Shown here in pieces: positions 1 to 8,685 of a stretch of DNA of 64,000 nucleotides. How positions within the stretch are numbered: the first letter of the stretch is position 1; every line of letters starts with the position of its first letter. This DNA is from Gemmatimonadales bacterium (lineage in GTDB: Bacteria; Gemmatimonadota; Gemmatimonadetes; Gemmatimonadales; GWC2-71-9). The notes beneath the pieces are model-generated. The model was not told the DNA's origin, searched no databases, and saw only the letters and a program-made list of their open reading frames with translations. The translations under genes were made by a program, and so were the position numbers. The stretch lies in assembly GCA_035601435.1 (NCBI GenBank), contig DATNOH010000059.1, positions 6,748 to 70,747 of the forward strand, given 5' to 3'.

Positions 1-532
1 AGTCGCGACCCTCGGCGCGGAGCCCGATGCGCCCGACCCGGTACTCCAGGCCTGCGCCGAAATTGCCGGCGAACTTGGTCCAGGTGTCAGTGGCACCGAG
101 TTGATGCACGCTAATGGCGCCCGCCCCGCCCAACAGATAGGGACTGAGGGTGGCGGAGCCGGCCTGAATCGGATAGCGCAACACGACTGCCGCGTCGTAG
201 GTGAACTTGTTGAACTTCCCCCGGCCCGGCAGCGCGGCGCCACGGACGCTGTCCTGCGCCCAGCTGCCGCTGGCACGGATGCCGACATTGCGCTGCAGCC
301 ACGCGGTCCCGTCGATCGAGCCGATCCAGCCCAATCGCCAGTCGGCGGTACCCGCAGAGTTCAAATTGGCGGCGCCCGAAAGCCCGCCAAACCCGCCGCC
401 CAGCGTGAAGCGATCGGACCAGGAATTGACCGGCTCCGGGGCCGGCGTGCGGGCCTGGGCGCGGAGCGCGAGGGGCGCGCTCATTGCCACGCCCAGGGCC
501 ACGACGAGGTTGGAGACGAAACGCGGCGACAT
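1..532 (-). CDS. outer-membrane beta-barrel protein (porin/OMP_b-brl-like); C-terminal part lies beyond the window edge
   Basis: Own reverse translation from ATG at 530-532 (GGAGGA 4 nt upstream) gives MSPRFVSNLVVALGVAMSAPLALRAQA, a signal peptide. Gly/aromatic-rich alternating strands follow (TLGGGFGG, FAGNFGAGLEYRVG). Not in the ORF track because there is no stop inside the window. Confidence 0.55.
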   Translation of the reverse strand, partial: MSPRFVSNLVVALGVAMSAPLALRAQARTPAPEPVNSWSDRFTLGGGFGGLSGAANLNSAGTADWRLGWIGSIDGTAWLQRNVGIRASGSWAQDSVRGAALPGRGKFNKFTYDAAVVLRYPIQAGSATLSPYLLGGAGAISVHQLGATDTWTKFAGNFGAGLEYRVGRIGLRAEGRD

Positions 533-576
533 AGGTTCCTCCAATGGGTCAGAAGTAGAATGATGCCTGCTCAGCA

Positions 577-609
577 GTTCATGAATGAACTATATCCCGG
601 GAAAGTTCC
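577..609 (-). promoter_or_regulatory. 33-bp conserved element, copy A (GGAACTT-N14-TCATT with GTTCAT-N2-ATGAAC palindrome)
   Basis: The minus strand reads GGAACTTTCCCGGGATATAGTTCATTCATGAAC, ending 44 nt upstream of the OMP ATG at 532. 21/33 positions are identical to the copies at 3375-3407 and 63508-63540. Confidence 0.5.
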
Positions 610-638
610 GGGGAACTTCCTAACCATCTCGATCATTG

Positions 639-652
639 GTTCATTTATGAAC
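639..652. promoter_or_regulatory. GTTCAT-N2-ATGAAC palindrome, copy B
   Basis: GTTCATTTATGAAC is a perfect 6-2-6 inverted repeat 30 nt upstream of the rhodanese ATG (682). It lacks the GGAAC-N14 arm of copies A, C and D. Confidence 0.4.
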
Positions 653-681
653 GATTATCGAACCCTGGAGAGGAGCGACGC

Positions 682-1089
682 ATGACGCCACCAGCGGCAC
701 CCGACCCGGCGAACGCCACGCCGGACGAGGGGCCCCCAGTATCGGGCCTGACCGCCCAGCAGGCGCACGAGCTGGTGGCGGCCGGTCGCGGCGCGCTGGT
801 CGACACCCGCGACCGGCGGTTGTTCGACAACGCGCACGCGGCGGGCGCGCTGTCACTGCCGCTCGCCACCATCGAAGCCGCCCAGGGGCATGCGCCCGCG
901 GGTCTGCTGCCGCCCGATCGCAAGATCATCCTGTACTGCGCGTGAGTGGATGAGCGCACAAGCGCCCGGGCGGCGCGACGGCTGATCGCGGCGGGATACG
1001 ATGAGCGCAACGTCGCCGTGCTGCTCGGCGGCATTCGCGCCTGGCATCAGGCGGGGTACCCGCTCCAGAAGTGGACCGATGGCGCATGA
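682..1089 (+). CDS. rhodanese-like domain protein interrupted by an in-frame TGA at 943-945 (selenocysteine candidate or pseudogene)
   Basis: The ORF track ends at ...KIILYCA-TGA. The same frame stays open for 47 more codons (VDERTSARAARRLIAAGYDERNVAVLLGGIRAWHQAGYPLQKW), which complete a rhodanese fold. The TGA sits inside the catalytic loop C-A-*-V-D-E-R. Confidence 0.6.
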
Positions 1090-1125
1090 GCCGCGCCGTC
1101 GCGGTATGAGCATCGCCGCGATACT

Positions 1126-2508
1126 TTGCGCTTCATGGTCGACGTCCTAACCGCCCTGCGCGAAGGGCTCGCGCCTCATTACACCGTCGAGCGGGAGATC
1201 GGCGCCGGCGGCATGGCGCGTGTGTTCCTCGCCGCAGAACGCCATCCGCCGCGCAAGGTGGCGGTGAAGGTGATGAACCCCGAGGTCGCCGGGTCCGAGT
1301 TTCGCGAGCGCTTCATCCGGGAAGTCGAGCTCACGTCGCGGCTCAGCCACCCGCACATCGTGCCGATTCTCGCCGCGGACGAATGCCTGTTCGTGCCGGA
1401 TGGTCCCGACGGCCTGTGCTACTACGTGATGCCCTACATCGAGGGCGAGTCGTTGCGAGCCCGCCTGGAGCGGGAGCAGCGGCTGCCCCTCGAGCAGGCG
1501 GTGCGCATTGCTCTCGAGGTCGCCGATGCCCTGTCCTACGCACACGCGCAGGGCATCATCCATCGCGACATCAAGCCCGAAAACATCCTCCTGTCGGGAG
1601 ATCACTCCTGGGTGGCGGACTTCGGCATCGCCCGCGCGATCAGTGCCGCGGGCGGCCACACGCTCACGGGGGGCCACCCGGTGGGCTCGCTGGCCTACAT
1701 GAGCCCTGAGCAGCTGATGGGGAGCCGCGCCATCGATGCGCGCACCGACGTGTACAGCTTGGGGGGCGTGCTGTACGAGATGCTGGTCGGCGAGGCGCCA
1801 TTCCTGGGACTCACCGGTGGCTCACCGCGCGGCGGCACGGCCCTCGACAAGGTGCTGCGCGCGCAAGGCGTGAGCCACCGCAGCGAGCGGGCCGTCAAGG
1901 AGACTGTCGCCCGCGCGCTCGCGCCCGAGCCAGGCGACCGTTTCGGATCTGTCGACGAGCTCGCGACCCGCCTCCGCGACGCGGTAAGCCGACGGCTGGT
2001 CCTGCGGCTGCCGCAGGCGCGCTGGAAGGTGGCGCTGCTGGGCGTAGTCACGCTCGCGGCGCTGGGCGTGGCGGCGGTGGCGCTGCTGGGCAAGCGCCCC
2101 CCGGCACTCGACCCGAGGCGCGTCGTGGTCGCGGGGTTCGAAGACCTCTCGGGCGACTCGACCCTCGCCCCGTTGGGCCGCATCGCGGCCGATTGGCTCA
2201 CGCAGGCGCTGGCACGACGCGGTGGGCTGGAGGTCGTGCCCGGCGCCGGTACCGGCCATCTCCAGCCCGCGGACATCCGAGCCCTGGCCGCCCAGACCGG
2301 GGCGGGGACGGTGATCTCGGGAACGTACTACCGTGAAGGGGACTCGGTCTTTTTCCACGTGCAGGTCATCGACGCGGCGCGGGGTACGCTGCGGCGTGGC
2401 GTGGAGCCGGTTGGTGCGCCGCGGCGAGCGCCCACCCAAGGGGCCGAGGCGCTGGGCTACCGCCTCACCGCCTTGTTCGACACGCTGTTTCCCCGCACCA
2501 ACGACTGA
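1126..2508 (+). CDS. serine/threonine protein kinase with TM segment and C-terminal periplasmic domain
   Basis: Hanks kinase motifs GAGGMARVF, VAVK, HRDIKPENILL, DFGIAR, SPEQ. TM helix VALLGVVTLAALGVAAVALL. TTG start at 1126; alternative ATG at 1135. Confidence 0.9.
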   Translation: MRFMVDVLTALREGLAPHYTVEREIGAGGMARVFLAAERHPPRKVAVKVMNPEVAGSEFRERFIREVELTSRLSHPHIVPILAADECLFVPDGPDGLCYYVMPYIEGESLRARLEREQRLPLEQAVRIALEVADALSYAHAQGIIHRDIKPENILLSGDHSWVADFGIARAISAAGGHTLTGGHPVGSLAYMSPEQLMGSRAIDARTDVYSLGGVLYEMLVGEAPFLGLTGGSPRGGTALDKVLRAQGVSHRSERAVKETVARALAPEPGDRFGSVDELATRLRDAVSRRLVLRLPQARWKVALLGVVTLAALGVAAVALLGKRPPALDPRRVVVAGFEDLSGDSTLAPLGRIAADWLTQALARRGGLEVVPGAGTGHLQPADIRALAAQTGAGTVISGTYYREGDSVFFHVQVIDAARGTLRRGVEPVGAPRRAPTQGAEALGYRLTALFDTLFPRTND

Positions 2509-2522
2509 CGCCACACATCAAT

Positions 2523-3365
2523 TCACAGGGTGAACCCGACTCCCACGCCGACGGACGACACGTGGTCGCGGTAGAATTCGCCGTACGGCGCCGGCCCCGT
2601 GTATCCCTTGAGCAGCACGCTCCACCGCCTGCCGGACCCGAGCGCGACGTCCGGGTCGCCGAGCTCGAGACCGGTCACCACGCTCCACCCCACCTGCCAC
2701 TTGTGATCCTCCGACGCTTTGGCATCCAACCCCGCCACGAGGCGTCCCGTAGCGAACCTGCCGAGTCGTACCAACGCCCGGGGCTGGCGGTATTCCACGC
2801 CGCCATGCAGCACGCCGGGTTTCAGATCGGCCGGCGAGTGGGCGAAGATGTACGCCCCGCCGCCATACACCCGCCAGCGGGACGCTTCACTGGCCACGAG
2901 GAGCTCGGCCGCCTGGAACGTCAGATCCACCCGCTGCGCGTGGTTGTGGACCAGGTACTCGTCGCCCAGGTGGGAGCTCTGGTGGTACACACGGAAGCGG
3001 GTCGCGAAGCTGCCGCGCCGGTACGTGATCGGCAAGCCGACGAGGTAGTCGGTGTTCAGCAGGTCGGTGGTCGAGGACTGCATGTTGAACTCGGAAAACA
3101 CGCCCGCAGCGATCGCTACCTGCCAGTCCCGCCCGCGCACGAGGCCGATGGTCTGCCCGAACCCGACGCTTCCCAGGCGCGACGCTAGACGAGTCGAATG
3201 GGCCCACAGGTACGTCGCGAAGAATTGCGGCTCCTGGGGATCCGCCAGGAGCGGCTCGAACACGACCCTCTCGGTCCCCGCCCCATCCGTCGGCGCCTGA
3301 GCGCCGATCCCCCGGGAGCCCACGAGCGCCGCCATGAGCAGCGCGCCGACTAGTTTGGTCTTCAT
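2523..3365 (-). CDS. secreted outer-membrane beta-barrel protein (DUF1207-like)
   Basis: Signal peptide MKTKLVGALLMAALVGSRGIGAQA. FEPLLADPQEPQF motif, alternating beta pattern, C-terminal aromatic end GVGVGFTL. The family name is from memory and was not searched. Confidence 0.65.
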   Translation of the reverse strand: MKTKLVGALLMAALVGSRGIGAQAPTDGAGTERVVFEPLLADPQEPQFFATYLWAHSTRLASRLGSVGFGQTIGLVRGRDWQVAIAAGVFSEFNMQSSTTDLLNTDYLVGLPITYRRGSFATRFRVYHQSSHLGDEYLVHNHAQRVDLTFQAAELLVASEASRWRVYGGGAYIFAHSPADLKPGVLHGGVEYRQPRALVRLGRFATGRLVAGLDAKASEDHKWQVGWSVVTGLELGDPDVALGSGRRWSVLLKGYTGPAPYGEFYRDHVSSVGVGVGFTL

Positions 3366-3374
3366 GGTGTTTAG

Positions 3375-3407
3375 TGCATTAATGAACTATGTTGCGTGGG
3401 AGTTCCC
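3375..3407 (-). promoter_or_regulatory. 33-bp conserved element, copy C
   Basis: The minus strand reads GGAACTCCCACGCAACATAGTTCATTAATGCAC, ending 9 nt upstream of the DUF1207-like ATG (3365). Confidence 0.5.
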
Positions 3408-3576
3408 GTCCCGGCGGTGCCCGCCAACCGGTGAGTCGCGATGTCTGCGCGGCATCGGGCCGTCCGCCCTAACGCCAAGCATCACAACATGTTGCCCTTG
3501 ATGAGCCGGCGCCCGCAAGCCGCTCCCTTGTGACACGGACCACCGTAGTGAATCGTGTGGGCCCGCATACTGTTCC

Positions 3577-5502
3577 ATGGTCGCGCCTATGGCCTTACGG
3601 ATCCTGTTGTTGGAAGACGTGCCGGCGGACGCCGCGCTGCTCGAACGCCACCTGTCCAGGTCGGGATTGGAGTTCGTCAGCGAGCGGGTAGACACGCGCG
3701 CCCGCTTCGAAGAGGCGCTGCGGGACTTCGTGCCGGATATCATCCTGTCCGACCACGGCCTCCCGGGGTTCGACGGAGCCGCGGCGCTCGCGCTGGTCAA
3801 CGAACGCTTCCCCACCCTTCCGGTCATTCTGGTTACGGGCTCGCTCAACGAGGAAAAAGCGGTCGAGTTCATGAAGGCGGGCGCCGCCGACTACATCCTG
3901 AAGGACCACCTGACCCGACTGCCCGAGGCCATCCGGCGCGCCCTGCGGGAACGGCTGCTGCGCGAGGAGCGCGAGCAAGCCGTCGCCGCGCTACGGGCGT
4001 CGGAAGCCCAGTACCGCTCGATGTTCGAGAGCACACCGTATCCCATGTGGGTCTTCGACCTGGAGACGCACCGCGTGCTGGCGGTGAACGGCGCCGCGAT
4101 CAAGCATTACGGGTACTCGCGCGACGAGTTCCTGGCGCTGCGCATCGAGGACCTGCGTCCGCCCGAGGATGTCCCGGCCCTGCTGCGACACCTCGAGACC
4201 ATGCCCTCCGAATATCACAACGCCGGTACGTGGCGGCATCGCAGGAAGGACGGGACGCTCATCGAGGTGGAGACCAGCGGTCACGGAATCACGTTTGCCG
4301 GCCGGCGGGCGGAGCAAGTCGTGATCAACGACGTAACGGAGCGAAAGCGGCTCGAGGAGCAGTTCCGCCAGGCGCAGAAGATGGAGGCCGTAGGGCGTCT
4401 CGCGGCCGGAGTGGCGCACGACTTCAACAATCTCCTGACCGCGATCCTGGGCACGACCGACCTGATGCTCGAGGACATGCAGGCGGACGATGCCGATCGC
4501 GAAGGCCTGCTCGACATCCGGAGCGCGTCGGAGCGGGCCGCCGTGCTGACGCGGCAGCTGCTCACGTTCAGCCGCCAGCAGGTGGTGTCTCCCCAGGTGC
4601 TGCGCCTGAACGAACTCGTCCTGGAGCTGGAAAAGCTGCTGCGCCGTCTGCTGGGCGAGGACGTGGCGATCCGGGTCGGGGTCGCACCCGATTGCGGGGC
4701 CGTGAAGGCCGACCCGGGCCAGCTCGAGCAGGTCATCGTGAATCTCGCGGTGAACGCGCGTGATGCGATGCCGAATGGTGGACGCCTCACGATCGAAACA
4801 AAGAACGTCGATCTCGACGCCGAGTATCCCACCGATCGGGTCACCATTCCCGCGGGGCGCTACGTCATGCTGGCCGTCACCGATACGGGGACGGGGATGG
4901 ACGCGCAAACCAAGGCCCGGATCTTCGAGCCATTCTTCACGACGAAGCCCGTCGGCAAGGGAACCGGGCTGGGCCTCGCTACGGTGTACGGCGCGGTGAA
5001 GCAGAGCGGCGGATACATCTGGCTGTACAGCGAAGTGGGACAAGGCACGAGCTTCAAGATCTACCTGCCGCGGATCGACGCCGCGGAGCCGCAAGCGGCG
5101 GCGGCCGAGGCGGCGGTGCCGCTCGACGGCTCCGAGACGGTGCTAGTCGCCGAGGACGAAGACGCGGTGCGCCAGATCATCGAAAAGGCGCTTCAGGCGC
5201 GGGGGTACACTGTGATGGTCGCACGGGGCGGAACCGAGGCCCTCGCCATCGCGGGCCGCCATGCCGGGCAGATCGACCTCCTGGTGACCGACGTGGTGAT
5301 GCCGGACATGAACGGGCGGGCCCTGTCCGAGCGCCTGACGCACGTGCGACCCACGATCAAGACGCTGTATCTGTCCGGTTACACCGACGACGCGATCCTG
5401 CATCACGGTGTCCTGGAAGAGGGCGTCGCCTTCCTGCAGAAACCGTTTTCGCTCGGAGCGTTGGCGCGCAAGGTCCGCGAAGTGATCGAGGCCCGCCCCT
5501 GA
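3577..5502 (+). CDS. hybrid sensor histidine kinase (REC-PAS-HisKA-HATPase-REC)
   Basis: N-terminal receiver (RILLLEDVP...ILSDHGLPGFDG). PAS (YRSMFESTPYPMWVFD). H-box VAHDFNNLL. N/G boxes NARDAMP, DTGTGMD, GTGLGLA. C-terminal receiver (VLVAEDE...LVTDVVMPDMNG). Confidence 0.92.
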   Translation: MVAPMALRILLLEDVPADAALLERHLSRSGLEFVSERVDTRARFEEALRDFVPDIILSDHGLPGFDGAAALALVNERFPTLPVILVTGSLNEEKAVEFMKAGAADYILKDHLTRLPEAIRRALRERLLREEREQAVAALRASEAQYRSMFESTPYPMWVFDLETHRVLAVNGAAIKHYGYSRDEFLALRIEDLRPPEDVPALLRHLETMPSEYHNAGTWRHRRKDGTLIEVETSGHGITFAGRRAEQVVINDVTERKRLEEQFRQAQKMEAVGRLAAGVAHDFNNLLTAILGTTDLMLEDMQADDADREGLLDIRSASERAAVLTRQLLTFSRQQVVSPQVLRLNELVLELEKLLRRLLGEDVAIRVGVAPDCGAVKADPGQLEQVIVNLAVNARDAMPNGGRLTIETKNVDLDAEYPTDRVTIPAGRYVMLAVTDTGTGMDAQTKARIFEPFFTTKPVGKGTGLGLATVYGAVKQSGGYIWLYSEVGQGTSFKIYLPRIDAAEPQAAAAEAAVPLDGSETVLVAEDEDAVRQIIEKALQARGYTVMVARGGTEALAIAGRHAGQIDLLVTDVVMPDMNGRALSERLTHVRPTIKTLYLSGYTDDAILHHGVLEEGVAFLQKPFSLGALARKVREVIEARP

Positions 5503-6998
5503 CGGAGCTGCCCCTCGTCGCCCGGGCGCGGGGGCACGGTGACCGACCGGCGATCATCGCCGGCGAGGGCACGTTCAGCTATCGCGACCTGCTCGACGCC
5601 TCGGCGAGCGTCGCCCAGTGCCTGCTCGCCGGGCGCAGCGACCTCGGGGAGGCCCGGGTCGCCTTCCTCGCCCCTCCCGGCTTTCACCACGTCGCCACCC
5701 AGTGGGGGATCTGGCGGGCCGGCGGCATCGCCGTTCCGCTCGCCGTCTCTCACCCGCCCGCGGAGCTCGCCTATGTGATCCGCGATTCCGAGGCCGAGAC
5801 TGTCGTCGTGCACTCCGATTTCGCCGCCATGATGCAGGTGGTGCACCTGCCGCCGGCGACGCGAACCGTCACGACCGACGACGCGGTGGGTACCGCTCCC
5901 CGCTCCCCGCTCCCCGTACTGGCGGACGGGCGGCGGGCCATGATGGTCTACACCAGCGGCACGACGGGCAAGCCCAAGGGCGTGGTGACGACGCACGCGA
6001 ACATCGCGGCTCAGGTCACCAGCCTCGTTACGGCTTGGGAATGGCGGGCGGACGATTGGATCCTGCTCGTGCTGCCGCTCCATCACGTGCACGGGATCAT
6101 CAACGTCCTCAGCTGCGCCCTGTGGGCCGGAGCGCGCTGCGAGATGCTAGCGAAGTTCGACGCGGAGCACGTCTGGGGCCGCATCGCCGCCGGCGAGCTG
6201 ACCCTGTTCATGGCGGTCCCCACCATTTACGGAAGGTTGATCACGGCCTGGGACGGCGCCGCGCCCGAGCGGCGCCTCGAATGGTCGGCCGGCTGCGCCC
6301 GGCCCCGGATGCGGCTCATGGTCTCGGGATCGGCGGCGCTGCCGGTGCAGCGCCTCGAGCGGTGGCGCGAGATCAGCGGCCACGTCCTGCTCGAGCGCTA
6401 CGGCATGACCGAGATCGGCATGGCACTCGGCAACCCGCTGCACGGCGAGCGGCGACCGGGATGCGTGGGCACGCCGCTGCCCGGTGTGGAGGTGCGTCTG
6501 GTGGACGATGCGGGCCGGGCCGTGCCCGCAGGCACGCCCGGCGAAATCGAGGTGCGCGGCGCAACGGTGTTTCTCGAGTACTGGCGGCAGCCGGACGCGA
6601 CCGCCGAGGCGTTCAGGGACGGCTGGTTCCGCACCGGCGACGTCGCCGTGCTCGAAACCGGGTCGTACCGCATCCTCGGCCGCTCGAGTGTGGACATCAT
6701 CAAGACCGGCGGCTTCAAAGTGTCGGCGCTCGAGGTGGAGGAGGTGCTGCGGACGCACCCGGCGATCGCGGAGTGCGCCGTGGTGGGCGTGGAGGATCCC
6801 GAGTGGGGCGAGCGCATCTGCGCCGCAGTCGAGCGGCGTGGTGAAGCCGAATTGACGCTCGCCGTCCTGCAGGCGTGGGCCAAAGATCGTCTCGCACCCT
6901 ACAAGATTCCGCGCGCGCTCCGCTCGGTAGGTGCGCTGCCGCGGAACGCCTTGGGTAAGGTCACCAAGGGCGAGGTGGCGAAGCTCTTCACTGCTTAA
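5499..6998 (+). CDS. acyl-CoA synthetase, malonyl-CoA synthetase (MatB/ACSF3)-like; proposed CTG start overlapping the upstream TGA
   Basis: AMP-binding motif MVYTSGTTGKPKGV and DIIKTGGFKVSALEVE. The ORF track starts at GTG 5775, but the same frame encodes a typical N-terminus (TELPLVARARGHGDRPAIIAGEGTFSYRDLL...) back to 5499. There is no in-frame ATG/GTG/TTG between 5280 and 5775. The minimal safe CDS is 5775-6998. Confidence 0.8.
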   Translation: MTELPLVARARGHGDRPAIIAGEGTFSYRDLLDASASVAQCLLAGRSDLGEARVAFLAPPGFHHVATQWGIWRAGGIAVPLAVSHPPAELAYVIRDSEAETVVVHSDFAAMMQVVHLPPATRTVTTDDAVGTAPRSPLPVLADGRRAMMVYTSGTTGKPKGVVTTHANIAAQVTSLVTAWEWRADDWILLVLPLHHVHGIINVLSCALWAGARCEMLAKFDAEHVWGRIAAGELTLFMAVPTIYGRLITAWDGAAPERRLEWSAGCARPRMRLMVSGSAALPVQRLERWREISGHVLLERYGMTEIGMALGNPLHGERRPGCVGTPLPGVEVRLVDDAGRAVPAGTPGEIEVRGATVFLEYWRQPDATAEAFRDGWFRTGDVAVLETGSYRILGRSSVDIIKTGGFKVSALEVEEVLRTHPAIAECAVVGVEDPEWGERICAAVERRGEAELTLAVLQAWAKDRLAPYKIPRALRSVGALPRNALGKVTKGEVAKLFTA

Positions 6999-7140
6999 GT
7001 GTCAAGGAGCTGTCAAAGTTCGGCGAATCCTCTTGTGAGGTCCCGGGCGGGCCGGCATGTTCGGCCTCTACACGGGAACGTTCCGACCCCCGGTCGCCTG
7101 CCGCCAGCGTTCACCGACACTTCCCACATCGGAGGCGACG

Positions 7141-8664
7141 ATGACGTCTGTTCGTCACGCGCCAGCGCGTGCGGTGCTGGTGCTGGCGCTTTGCGGCTCC
7201 CCTTCCGGCCTGGCGGCGCAATACTCGCGGTCGGCGCTCGATCCCATCACCAGTGCCGTGATGAAGCACCCCATCACCACGTCCTCGAGCGTGGCGCGGG
7301 ACCACTTCCTCCAGGGCCAGCGGGAATTCGATCTGGGCCGGTTCATCGACGCGAACGTGCACTTCAACGAAGCCGTTGCGGCCGATCCGAGCTTCGCGTT
7401 CGCGTACTTGAACGCCGCGTTTACCGCCAACTCGCTCGAAGAGTTCAAGCGCAATCTCGCGTTGGCCGAGCAGCACGCCGCGGCCGCCTCGGAGGCCGAG
7501 CGGCTGCAGATCCAGATGGCGCGCAAGGGATTCGACAATGATCTGGCAGGGCAGCTCGCGCTGGGGAAGCAGCTGGTGGAGAAGTATCCCGACAGCCCGC
7601 GCGCCTGGCTCGCCCTCGCCGGAGCCCAGATTGGGTTGAACAAGAACGAGGACGGGCGTGCCTCGATCGGGAAGGCGTTGGAGCTCTCGCCCAAGCTGTA
7701 CGTGGCGCACGCCACCATGGGGAACGACTACATCTTCGGGGAGCCGCGCGACTTTACGAAGGCGCTCGCGCACATGCAGGAAGCGGAAGCACTGGCGCCG
7801 GATGAGTCCAATGCGCACCTCCTCGTCGGCGATGCCTACCGGGCACAGCGCAATCTCGAGAAAGCCCGCGATGAGTACATGCGGGGCCACGAGCTCGATC
7901 CCAGGAGTGCCGCGCTGCTCGTGAAGGCTGGGCACGCCAACACGTTCCTGGGCGACTACGCGGCGGCGCGCGCCGATTACGATTCCGCCATGGCCGTGGG
8001 ACGGGCAAATGAAAAAGCCGCCTACGCTCCGTTCCGAGCCTACGTCAGCGTGTACGCAGGCGATCCCGAGGCGGCGATCACCGAGCTCAATCGGTTGGTC
8101 GCGTCCGTGGACGGCATGAGAGTCCCGGACCCGAAAGCCAACAAGGTCGCCGCGCTCACGAACGTCGTGGTCATCGCGACTCATACGCGCAACCGTGCGG
8201 CGGCGGAGCAAGCCCTGAAGCAGCTCGAGCCGCTGCTCATGCAACAGGCCGACGAAGCAGGCAACGCGGCGTTCCGGCGGGGACAACAGGCGACGATCGC
8301 ATACCTCGAAGGGTGGACCGCTGCGCGCCGCGGGGACTATGCGTCGGCCCAGCAGCAGGCCGACCGCATCAACCAGCTACTCGCCCCAGACGCGAACCCA
8401 CGGAAGCTCGAGCCGATGCACCAACTGGTGGGATTCATCGCGCTCTATCAGGGCAAGTACGATGAAGCGGCCGCACACCTGCGGCAGGGCAATCTGTTGG
8501 ACCCGTACATCAAGTATCAGTTCGCGGTCGCGACGGAGGGCGCGGGCGATGCCGCGCAGGCCAAGAAGCTGTTCCGCGAGATCGCCGACTACAACTTCAA
8601 TGCCTTGGGCTTCGCCCTGGTGCGAAAGGAGGCGCAACAGAAGGCTGGCAAGTCGGCGCTCTAG
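7141..8664 (+). CDS. secreted tetratricopeptide-repeat (TPR) protein
   Basis: GGAGG 6 nt upstream of ATG 7141. Signal peptide MTSVRHAPARAVLVLALCGSPSGLAAQ. Repeated A/L/Y-rich 34-aa helical repeats. The ORF-track start at 7057 is probably an over-extension. Confidence 0.8.
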   Translation: MTSVRHAPARAVLVLALCGSPSGLAAQYSRSALDPITSAVMKHPITTSSSVARDHFLQGQREFDLGRFIDANVHFNEAVAADPSFAFAYLNAAFTANSLEEFKRNLALAEQHAAAASEAERLQIQMARKGFDNDLAGQLALGKQLVEKYPDSPRAWLALAGAQIGLNKNEDGRASIGKALELSPKLYVAHATMGNDYIFGEPRDFTKALAHMQEAEALAPDESNAHLLVGDAYRAQRNLEKARDEYMRGHELDPRSAALLVKAGHANTFLGDYAAARADYDSAMAVGRANEKAAYAPFRAYVSVYAGDPEAAITELNRLVASVDGMRVPDPKANKVAALTNVVVIATHTRNRAAAEQALKQLEPLLMQQADEAGNAAFRRGQQATIAYLEGWTAARRGDYASAQQQADRINQLLAPDANPRKLEPMHQLVGFIALYQGKYDEAAAHLRQGNLLDPYIKYQFAVATEGAGDAAQAKKLFREIADYNFNALGFALVRKEAQQKAGKSAL

Positions 8665-8685
8665 GGGCCACGGCGGCTATCGACG

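Noticed and set aside
101-685. 194-aa plus-strand ORF at the left end
   Set aside because: It is antisense to a well-supported outer-membrane protein gene (1-532, minus) and runs through the AT-richer intergenic region. The Arg/Gly/Ala-rich composition is typical of GC-rich shadow ORFs.
962-976. GCGCC-cgggc-GGCGC hairpin as a bacterial SECIS element
   Set aside because: It has only a 5-bp stem with no convincing extension or bulged U, and such hairpins arise frequently in GC-rich DNA. It is kept as a weak supporting note for the rhodanese TGA finding and is not called as a feature.
3991-5094. 367-aa minus-strand ORF
   Set aside because: It is fully antisense to the hybrid histidine kinase, whose motifs are unambiguous. 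The ORF has no motifs of its own.
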